The notes under the pieces were generated by a model. It saw only the letters and a list, made by a program, of their open reading frames with translations. It was not told where the DNA came from and did no database searches. From Calcarisporiella thermophila CBS 279.70 (lineage: Eukaryota > Fungi > Calcarisporiellomycota): DNA of 64,000 nucleotides. Numbering within the stretch: the stretch's first letter is position 1; each line of letters begins with the position of its first letter. The DNA lies in contig NW_027192202.1 in the NCBI RefSeq assembly GCF_041956535.1, forward strand, positions 666,870 through 730,869. The letters are read 5' to 3'. This document shows positions 40,233 through 50,485 of the stretch, in pieces. Made by a program: the position numbers and the translations under genes.

Positions 40233-41013
40233 ATGTCCCACCAACATTGCGTGCAAAAACGTGTTCTTCCTGGAAATCCTACCGGAAAAAACATTAAAAT
40301 CGGCGGCCTCGACGCGTATCACGCCCAACCAGCCTCTCCGTCCGACAAGGGCATCCTTATTTTCACCAATGTCTTTGGCCTGTCGCTGCCCAATGTGAAG
40401 TTGGTTGCAGACCAGTTTGCACTCCATGGCTACCAGACTTTCATCCCGGGTAAGTGGATGCGAAGCAGATCCGACCCACAATGTTAACCTTCTCGACAGC
40501 TAGTCTAAGTGATTTGGCTTCCTGATAGATTTCTTCCGAGGAGATGTGCCCGATATAAACAACTTCTCTCCCTGGCTGGAACGAAATCCCGTCCGTCGGG
40601 CCATAGAGGAATCGGAACCCATTGTGGAGGAGATCCGCTCGAAATACGGGATCAAGAAGCTGGCGGGTCACGGCTACTGCTACGGGGCCAAACCGGCTTT
40701 CCACTTCAATATTGCCGGGAAGCTGGACGCCATCGTCGTGGCGCACCCAAGTTTCGTTACGAAGGAAGATATCAAGGCGGTGCCGGGGCCAGTGCTTTAT
40801 TTATGCGCGGAGGTGGACGAACTGTTTACCGACGAATTGCGGGCATTCGCCGAGGAAGAAATGAAGAGGCGGCAGGTTCCCTCGCGGTTTGTCCTCTATC
40901 CTGGCACCGTCCACGGGTTTACATTGCGATACGAACCCGACGATCAGGAGGCGGCGAAAAAGGCCCAAGACGCCCATGAACAGGCGCTCAAGTTCTTTGA
41001 CGAGCATCTTTGA
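40233..41013 (+). CDS. Dienelactone hydrolase family protein, copy 1 (1 intron)
   Basis: GYCYG Cys nucleophile, AEVD acid, VHGF His. Single intron ~40450-40529. Confidence 0.92.
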
Positions 41014-41724
41014 TTAGCTTTGTAATCCACGTTTTCCCCATATTGGGTTTGTTTGTTTGTTTTTTTGCTTGCAATGTTGATTAAGTGATGGAATGGATGA
41101 GCACGATTTTCCGTTCCACCTATTACTCTTTGCAACTACACATATCGAGGAAACACGGAAGCTCTAATGCCATTACTGCATACGTACTGCTTCTCAGCCA
41201 GCCAATTGTGTTGGAGAGCATATGATTTTTTTCTCTTTTGTCCGTTTTCCATTGTACATTAGTTTTATGCGGCGGTCGCTGGCCTTTACCACCGCACTTT
41301 ACTCTCCCTTGGATTTCGCATTGAAGCCTTAGAATCCGTTCAATCTGCCTCCGTGGATATGTAATAGGCAGCTATGCATTTTTTTACAATGACGGAAATC
41401 GATGAAAATCACGACGGCTGACTAATGGTAGGAGCCCTTGGCCATGTGTTTTCCAATGGTTGTCCTTGGAAGTGGCATATTTAGACTAGCATTGAGACTC
41501 TTATGTCACGCACAAGGCAAAAATTCAATCTGGTATATGAGCTTGTTTCTGGGCAAATTTCTTACCGTGGAATTCGGATCCAAGGTACAATTATTTCCCG
41601 CTTGATCACCAGAAAAATATATTATAAATTAATTCGAATCCTCTCCGATTCTTGGCTCCTCCGTTTTTGCATCCCCCCTCCCATTCCGAGCATATCGACA
41701 TTCTCTTTGCAAGCATACCTCATC

Positions 41725-42497
41725 ATGTCCCACGAACATTGTGTGCAAAAACGCGTTCTCCCAGGAAATCCTACCGGAAAAACCATTAAAATCGGCGCCC
41801 TCGAAGTATATTACGCTGAACCAGCTTCCCCATCCGACAAAGGCATTCTTATCTTCCCGGACGCTTTCGGGTTATCGTTGCCCAATGTAAAGTTGGCTGC
41901 GGACCAATTTGCACTCCAAGGCTATCATACATTCGTACCAGGTAAGTAAATGCGATTCATACCCGAATTCAAACCGACGCTCAACTGTGTACTTGGAATA
42001 TTGACTGGACAGATTACTTCCGTGGAGACATTCCCGATGTGAATAATTTCCACCCGTGGATAGAGCGAAACCCGGTTAGTCGCGCCATAGAGGAATGCGT
42101 CCCCATTGTCGAGGAAATACGCTCAAAGTACGGCGTCAAGCGGCTGGCGGGCCACGGCTACTGCTACGGGGCCAAGCTCGCCTTCCATTTCAACATTGCG
42201 AGGAAACTAGACACCATTGGGGTGGCGCACGCGTCTTTTCTCACCCAAGACGATATCAAGGCGGTGCCCGGACCGGTGCTCTATTTGTGCGCCGAGGTGG
42301 ACAGGCAGTTTACTGACGAGTTGAGGATATTTGCCGAGGAAGAGATGAAGAGGCGGCAAGTTCCCTCGCGTTTTGTGTTCTACCCTGGGACCGTCCACGG
42401 GTTTACCATGCGATATGATTCGGAGGACCAGGAGGCAGTGAAAAATGCACAGGATGCCCAAGAACAGGCAACCAAGTTCTTCAAGGCACACCTTTGA
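41725..42497 (+). CDS. Dienelactone hydrolase family protein, copy 2 (1 intron)
   Basis: Same triad motifs and intron position as copy 1. Ends ...FFKAHL. Confidence 0.92.
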
Positions 42498-42629
42498 TTA
42501 GTTTTTTTTTTGTTAGCCATCTCACCTTCATGTTAATTTGTTTCTTTGAATAAACGATTAAGTGATTGATCAGCGGGGCTATTTGCCCCTCCCTCCCCCA
42601 GGTTTCTTCTATAGATTCTGTTGTAACCG

Positions 42630-43160
42630 ACACAGCCACAGTAGGGCTCTGAAATTACTTCAATGAGAGGATCTGCCTCACTAGACATATTGTGTAGGAA
42701 TTGTTATTTTACTTACTTTTTTTCATTTTGTTCGTGTCTTCTTAAATTCTCCTTTACCTAGTACGTTAGTACGGACGTTTAGAGCAATATTTATTTTCCA
42801 TACTTCTAAGACTTACTCTTTGCTTTGCATTTTCTTCTCATCTTAGAACTATGTTAAATTTGTATTTTTTAGGGCCTATATAAATTTGTATTTTTTACGA
42901 TTATGAATTTATTGGATTGAATTAGGATGGACTCTATGCGATTGTGTCGTTCGACACGCCCCTTTCCAATCACTCGCCTTTATCGCGTAGTCCGTCGACT
43001 CCGTGGATGTTCAGGCGTCTTTCAATAGGCTGTTGTTGTACCGCGTGATATATAGCCTCAATCTATTTGCCAGACTCAGGTGGCGCGATTTGGTGTCAAA
43101 CCCATCCCCGCATTAGACTGCCAAGCCTTGATATATAAATCTATGCATATCTAGATCTTC
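42630..43160 (+). repeat. Direct repeat copy A: DLH-type promoter upstream of CYP51
   Basis: Long near-identical blocks shared with 45830-46295 (tagagcaatatttatt.tccatacttctaagacttactctttgctttgcatttt; gggcctatataaatttgtattttttacgattatgaatttattggattgaattaggatggactct; ttgatatataaatctatgcat). Confidence 0.92.
43132..43139 (+). promoter_or_regulatory. TATA box (TATATAAA) of CYP51, inside repeat copy A
   Basis: Consensus TATA ~200 bp upstream of the ATG. The same TATA occurs at 46268-46275 upstream of DLH copy 3. Confidence 0.65.
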
Positions 43161-43337
43161 AGATAATATACAATATTCCATTGACAACCGTTTCCGCTCT
43201 TCCATTGCCAACATAGCTACCCATTGCCAAAGCCTCGAGCCATCAACATCCGCGGCGTATCGTAGTTTTATTCTTCATTACCAAGCACCTTGCGGCCGAG
43301 GTGCTATATCCTTTCATTTGCTGAATCCTTCCCCGAC

Positions 43338-45347
43338 ATGGCATTCTCCGTGTCAGAATTCGACAAGATTACCCATCTATTGGGCTACCCTATCTTGGTG
43401 AAGTGGAGCGGCGTCATCGCTGCGCTTTTTACGATTGTTGTGTGTAATTATTTGCGTCTCCTGGTAAGTATTTTTTGTTTATTCGTGTTTTTTTTTGCTA
43501 TAGCTTGCCACTTCGTTTGTGTTTGAATAAAAAGTGGAATTATCACCCATCTTTGACATTCGTAACATAATCCATTGGTTTGATGTCTTCTACTAGATAT
43601 TTCGCGACAACAAAATCCCGCCGCAAGTGCCTTACTTCATCCCGTTCATTGGTTCGCTGTTAGATTTTGGTCTTGATCCGCTGGGATTCTTACAAAAGAA
43701 TCGCAAAAAGTATGGCGACTACTTTACGTTTAATTTGGCAATCTTGAAAGTCACGGTCTGTCTGGGAGTGGAGGGCAACAATTTAGTATTTAATGCGAAG
43801 CATTCGCACGTGTCGGCCGAGGATATCTACACCAATCTCACCACCCCGCTATTTGGCACCGGCGTCGTGTACGATTGCCCGAATGCGCTCTTGATGGAGC
43901 AGAAAAAATTCATGAAGTTTGGCCTCACCACTGAGAATTTCCGGGCCTACGTCCCAGCGATCGAAGAAGAAACCCGGCAATATCTCCAGCGCTGGAACAA
44001 GAAGAGCGATCGAGTCGATTTGGGCAAGGCCATGGCCGAGCTCACCATCATGACCGCCTCCCGCTGCCTCATGGGCAAAGAGGTTCGCTCACTTTTGGAC
44101 GAAACTGGTAAGCTTCTTCCCTCTTTATGTTTGATAAGTGATCTTCCGCTTCACTTTATAGTGTGTTTTTTTTTATCTGGAAACACTCAATTCCTCTGTT
44201 AATTTTTATTTTATATCCCACAGTCGCCGGCCTGTTTAAAGATTTGGACAATGGATTCCAACCCATTAACGCAGCATTCAAACATCTCCCTCTCCCAAGC
44301 TATTGGAGGCGTGATACTGCACACGTAAAAATGCGCAACCTATTCATGGATATTATGAAGAAGCGAAGGGCAACTGGTGACATGGTATGTAGACACTTTT
44401 TTTATATAGTATTTTCGTTTTTCATTATTATCGTGAACTTTTTTTTTTTCACTACTTCTGACAATTCTCATAATCACTCTCTATTTTCACCATCCATCAG
44501 AACAACAACGATATCATGCAATCTCTCATGGACCAAGAATACAAGAGTGGCCAGAAAGTCACAGATCAAGATGTCGCCCATATGATGATTGCGTTGTTGA
44601 TGGCCGGCCAACATTCCTCCTCTGCCACCTCCAGTTGGTCCATTCTCCATATTGCCAAAGACCGAAAATTGTTGAACGAACTGCGAGAAGAACAAATTCA
44701 GGTCCTGGGATCCTTGAACGAGCCATTGTCCTATGATAAATTGAAAGAGCTGCAACTTCACGACCATGTCATCCGTGAATCACTTCGGATGTACCCCCCC
44801 ATCATCATGGTTCTGCGCAAAGTCAAGCAGGATCTGCCAATTCCCAACACCAACATGGTGATTCCAAAAGGCCATTGTGTAAGCGCTTCCGCCGTGATTT
44901 CTCAATACGACGACAAATACTTTGAAGACCCGTTGACCTACAACCCGCATCGCTGGGAAACCATCACCGAGGCCGACGACGTTGTCAACGAAGACTATGG
45001 CTGGGGTACTGTCACCGGAGGCAGGAGTCCTTATCTACCCTTCGGAGCCGGTAAGACTCTGTAAAATAGGCAAAAAAAAACTGCCACATTTGTTTATTTG
45101 ATATTTAGAATGATGGTGCTAATAACGTTATCTTTTTTTTTTCTCGTGTTCCTCGCTAGGTCGTCATCGTTGCATTGGTGAGACTTTTGCCTACGTCCAA
45201 TTAAAGTCTATCATCGCTACTTTTGTGCGCATGTTTGATGTCGAGCTCACCGAAAAGGGACTTCCAAAAGTGGACTATACCAAACTCTTTACTGGCCCTG
45301 TGGCGCCTGCGGAGGTTATTTACACTCGACGAAACGAGAATGACTAG
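43338..45347 (+). CDS. CYP51: Sterol 14-alpha-demethylase-like cytochrome P450 (CYP51/ERG11 family, 4 introns)
   Basis: AEDIYTNLTTPLFGTGVVYDCPN, EQKKF, I-helix MAGQHSS, ESLR (ExxR), heme motif PFGAG|RHRCIG. Confidence 0.93.
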
Positions 45348-45829
45348 TCCCCGGATTAAGTGTTTAGTATATATCGTAGCGCAAACAATTTTATTTTGTT
45401 CAAGATAGTACTTTTAGATATCCAGTCTGTCTTTTTTGTATAGTGATACCTTCGGGTGGGATTTTTATGTTGAAAAATTACTCGGACCGAAATAGAAATC
45501 CAGAATTATATTAATTTAAATAGTTTCTGGAGTTTTTAGAGTTACTGACAGAATTGAATATTGTCTGCTTATGGGAAGAGTCTTTCCACACCTAAAAAAT
45601 ATTTTAAATAAATAAATGAATATTGTACCCCATCTTTCATACAAAGCTTCACCATTCTTCAATACACCGACGACCGGGACAAACGGCCCTATTTTGTTTC
45701 CTCACAGGCAATAAATTCATTAGTAGAATTTGCTCCGTCCGATGATATTCTAATTACTTTCATGTCTCACCTTCCCCCCGGTACACCCTTGGGCACGCCT
45801 TGTAGTGATTCGTGTGAAAAAAACACAAG

Positions 45830-46295
45830 ACATAGCCACGGGGATTACTCTAAAACTATTTCAATGGGAGGATTTGCCTCCTTACTAAAGAGATATTATA
45901 TAGGAATTGTTATTTTACTTATTTTACTTATTTTACTTTTACTTTTTCATTTTGTACGTGTCTTCTTAAATTCCTCTTTGCTCAGTACGTGTTTAGAGCA
46001 ATATTTATTATCCATACTTCTAAGACTTACTCTTTGCTTTGCATTTTCCTCCCATCTTAGAGCCAAGTTGTTAAATTCGTGGGCCTATATAAATTTGTAT
46101 TTTTTACGATTATGAATTTATTGGATTGAATTAGGATGGACTCTGCGATTTTGTTGTTGTTGTACCGCGCGATATATTTACTAGTTTTTATCCAGCTCTA
46201 TTTGCCAGGCTCTGATGGTGCGATTTCGTGTCCTATATTTCCCCCGCACTGGACTGCCAGGCGTTGATATATAAATCTATGCATTTGCAGATCTT
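45830..46295 (+). repeat. Direct repeat copy B: promoter upstream of DLH copy 3
   Basis: Homologous to 42630-43160. Carries a (TTATTTTAC)x3 expansion and lacks a ~90-bp block present in copy A. Confidence 0.92.
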
Positions 46296-46383
46296 AAGGA
46301 AATGTGCTAGACCTTTATTCATTTAATACCCGTTTCATTCCACTTCCAGGCCGACAGCAATTCCATATACTATATAATACAGC

Positions 46384-47181
46384 ATGTCCCACGAGTATTG
46401 TTTGCAGAAACACCGGGAAATCCTGCTGGGAAAAGCATCAAAGTTGGCGGTCTCGACTGTTATTATGCTAAATCTATCTCCCCGTCCGACAAAGGAACCC
46501 TAATCTTCACAGATGTCTTCGGCCTGTCGGTATCCAATGTGAAGTTGGTTGCCGACCGATTTGCACTCCAAGGGTACCCGACATTTGTACCGGGTAAGCT
46601 GAAGTTTCTATATTTCCTAAACTCTTAGAAGAGTTGTCAAGCGCCGAGGATCTATGCTTATTCTTAAACGACACGTTTGAAACCATTTCTCAACTGATTT
46701 CTTCCGGGGAGATTTGCCCGACACGAGTAATTACTGGCCCTGGGCGGAGCGCAACCCCATCAGCCGAGTCTTGGAGGAAGCTGAACGCATTATCGAGGAA
46801 ATCCGCTCGAAATATGGCGTCAAGAGACTAGCAGGTCATGGGTATTGCTATGGAGGCAAATCCACCCTTATCCTCAATATTGCAGGGAAGCTGGACGCGA
46901 TAGCAGTGGCCCATCCCTCCCTCCTTACCGAGAACAATCTTAAGGCCGTGCCTGGGCCGGTGCTTTATTTATGCGCGGAGGTGGATGAAATGTTTACCGA
47001 GGATTTACGAGCTTTTGCTGAAGAAGAGATGAAGACGAGGAAAGTTCCATCGCGGTTTGTCCTCTATCCTGGCACCGTCCACGGGTTTACGTTGCGGTAC
47101 GACTCCGACGATCAGGAAGCGGTGAAACAAGCGCTCGATGCCCAAGAACAGGCAATCAAATTCTTTAACGAATATCTTTGA
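46384..47181 (+). pseudogene. Dienelactone hydrolase copy 3, probable pseudogene
   Basis: 7-nt deletion after codon 9 relative to paralogues (AAA CA CCG vs AAA CGC GTT CTC CCG), giving a frameshift and stop at ~46501. The 3' splice acceptor AG is TG at 46695-46696. Confidence 0.85.
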
Positions 47182-47780
47182 ATGCTTTAGGATCCACGGT
47201 TTCTTCATGTTTGTTTATTTGTAAGTTTATTTTTTAGTTTATTGATTTATAGAATTAATACTGGAAACAATTAAACCATCCACCACTCCATGATTTGTGC
47301 CGTGGGATTATATTAGCAGGGACAAGAGGACAAGAATTCTCTAGTATAATATCTAATTGAACATCTCTACCACGTGGATGTATTGGTGAGTATATTTAAA
47401 TTACTATACTGGTTGTTGGTATCCCTAATCGCTTAAGCATTGGAAAACAAAACTCGCCATCTGAATCAATAATACAAGCCAGCAATGAAAAATTTCTGTT
47501 CATGACAGCTCATCTTCTTTTCCATCTATTTATTTCTAGAGCACTGGCATGCCGGGATAACCGCCAACCTCGCCAAATCCATTTTTCTCTTACTTAGACC
47601 GATTTTGCAGCAGTATCTTCCCACGCTACTGTTAGACCTCCTAATGTTTCGATTTCTTTTTAGGATAAAATCTTTCAAATTTGGTGTTTATGCTTATTTT
47701 TATTGCATATTTATTTGTTTTTTATCCGCCGATAAAATTACATATTTGAAATAGACACTATCTTACTAATCGATAAAGTC

Positions 47781-48000
47781 ATTCAATACGCGCCAATAGG
47801 TCTCCTTTAGCGCGTAGCCTGTCATCTCACACACTCACGCGTCTTACAATAGGCCCATGGTTCAACCGCACGACCAAAACCCATGCTAAAAGCCTTTGTT
47901 GCTTGGATGCCATATGTTGCGCGATGGTGCCGTAATCGGGAAAAATTTTCTGCACTGGGTTACAAAACTTGATTTGTTATCTGTGCATTTCTAGCTTTTC
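47781..48000 (+). repeat. Diverged third copy of the DLH promoter, upstream of DLH copy 4
   Basis: ccaat...cctttagcgcgtagcc...gcgtcttacaataggc and gcactgg...cttgatttgttatctgtgcatttctag align colinearly with 42945-43160. Confidence 0.7.
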
Positions 48001-48093
48001 TGGCAGAGAACTTGGCACTTGTTCACATTCACACCCTCTCCCCTTTTCTGATATCATCGCCATCCTCATTGTGAGCCTACTGCTTATCACAAC

Positions 48094-48892
48094 ATGTCCC
48101 ACGAACATTGTGTGCAAAAACGCGTTCTCCCGGGAAATCCTACCGGAAAAGAGATCAAAATCGGCGGCCTCGACTGCTATTACGCTGAGTCAGCCTCTAC
48201 AACCGACAAGGGCATCTTTATCTTCACGGATGTCTTTGGATTGACGGTACCGAACGTGAAATTGGCTGCGGACCGATTTGCCCTCCAGGGTTATCATGTG
48301 TTCGTACCTGGTAAGTGCAGCTTATTCTCGAATCTCATGGAGTGGCCATCGGGATGACATTGGCCTTTGAACACTTGATAACATGCGTGACGCCATTTTG
48401 ACGACAGATTTCTTCCGAGGAGATTTGCCCGACCTTAACAATTTTGGGCCCTGGATGGAGCGCAATTCTTTTAGCCGTATCTTGGAGGAAGCTGAGCCCA
48501 TTATCGAGGAAATCCGCTCGAAATACGGAGTCAAGAAGCTTGCGGGCAAAGGCTACTGCTACGGAGCCAAACCCGCTTTCCTTCTTAGCATTGCGGGAAA
48601 ACTGGACGCCCTTGCTGTGGCGCATCCCACTCTACTCAATAAGGACGATCTCAAGGCGGTGCCAGGGCCGGTGCTCTATATTTGTGCGGAAGTGGACCAA
48701 CAGTTTACTGACGAATTGAGGGCGTTTGCCGAGGAAGAGATGAAGAGAAGGCAGGTTCCTTCGAAATTTGTGTTCTATCCTGGCACCGTTCACGGGTTTA
48801 CTATGCGATATGATCCGGATGACCAGGAGGCAGTGAAAAAGGCACACGATGCCCGGGAACAGACGATCCAATTCTTCGAGGAACACCTCTAA
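48094..48892 (+). CDS. Dienelactone hydrolase family protein, copy 4 (1 intron)
   Basis: Intact GYCYG/AEVD/VHGF motifs and a canonical intron at the shared position. Confidence 0.92.
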
Positions 48893-49194
48893 ATTGCTTT
48901 GGGATCCGCCAGCTTGTTCATATTTATTTGTTTGATGAATTGATTAATTAAATAACGAGCCGATTGAAGGCAATGCCGTCGAAAGATTTGTTCTAGGTTA
49001 GAGGGGTCAAGGCAATTAGAGTGCCCTGGCATTGTTTCTGAATGAACATCTCCTTGTTGGATATATTAAAGAAGCTATTTACAGAACAGGCCAGATTTTG
49101 ACACTCATGACGCATGAGCCTCTGGCGACAAAACCAGGCTCAACCCAATCATACCAAACCACGGCAAGGCAAACTGACCATGAAAGCATATACA

Positions 49195-49915
49195 TCACGA
49201 CAGCTCGCCTTCCTCCTCCAAGTCTTCTTCCAACGCGCTAATGCGCGGCGGTAAGTCGCCAGATTCTTCGAGGGTATGCCGCTTTGCAAGCCGCGGGAGC
49301 AGAATGTCACACACTCGCTCTTCGTGGAGGAGCTGATCCACAAACTCATCCATATATGTCAGTACATATCCGACTAGAAGCCAGGAGAGCGATGGATTAG
49401 TATTCCAATGTCAAGGGGATCGAGGTTGCAAGATCACTTACAAACTTCTCGCTTCCGTAGCTTCCTATAGTCGTTTAACAAGGGTTCTAGGTATTGGTAG
49501 ATTTCAAGCGAGGATCCGGTTAATCGCATGTAAAATGCCCCTAACGCACGCAAATATTTAAAGTCTTCTTGTCGAATATACTCGATCACAATCTCTTTTT
49601 CCGGCTGGAGCTGGAGGAGTTTGAGTGTGAGACAAAGGAAATCGGTCGGGCGCTGATTAGCATAAGTCCCTCCAATAGCATCTAATTGGATGGCACGATC
49701 AATGATGGTGGCAGCTAATATTGAGAGATAACACGTTGGTTAGCTTCCATGGCAGAACAGAATAAAAGGAGGTAGTGAAATTCACTTGTTAAGGCAAAGC
49801 AAGATTCTTTCCAGTACAGGGATTCATATATTCGTGTACGTATGATCTTCTCTACAAGAAATTGCGGGTTCATTCCATGGATGGAATGCGCATCACCAGT
49901 GGTTCGATTCGCCAT
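49195..49915 (-). CDS. PRP38: Pre-mRNA splicing factor Prp38 (2 introns)
   Basis: MANRT...HGMNPQFLVEKIIRTRIYESLYWKE, PTDFLCLTLKLLQLQP, FKYLRALGAFYMRL, MDEFVDQLL. Confidence 0.96.
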
Positions 49916-50485
49916 AGTGTCTATTTAATCTGCTTGATCTACTTTCTCGTTGAATGGAGGTTACTTGACTGTATATGAAAGGAATCGTTTGACTGCGTGA
50001 CGTAGGCGTATGACTTGAAATTTTTTGAAATAAAGAGCTATTTCTTTTCTTAGGTGGTGTCTTCCGAAGTCTAAAAAAACACATCAAAAAATCGCCGATT
50101 GGAAAAGAGAGCAGAGAAGATAATCGCATTGCCTTTTCATTTACGGTTCATTTTTTCTCACTATTCTTTTTATTTATTTCACGTTCACCCATTTACTTAG
50201 TCTCATTTCTCTTGCTCTTCTGCTCCTTCCTTCGCCTTTATTTTCTATTGCGTTGATTGATCTGCAAAATTGAAGAGGTATCAATCAATTCATTACATGT
50301 TCAATCACAATCCATCTTCTACGCTATAATATCCTTCTTCCTTGGCTATCGTAATTGTATTTTTTTATAAACACGGGTATTTCATTCTCTTTCGTAGCAG
50401 ATTTCCTCTCATTTTCCAATTCTGTTTGTTTGTGATTGATGCCCTTTCCCTCAACCCTTTCCCCACCAAATAATAAGCAGAGACT

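Noticed and set aside
43338-45347. CYP51 as a retrocopy or transposon cargo (repeats as LTRs)
   Set aside because: It has four introns and no poly-A scar. The repeats show no recognisable LTR termini or TIRs, no transposase or RT is present, and they align with DLH promoters.
40233-48892. Complete secondary-metabolite gene cluster around CYP51
   Set aside because: No PKS, NRPS or terpene synthase in the window, and the flanks are housekeeping genes (PSP1-domain, PRP38).
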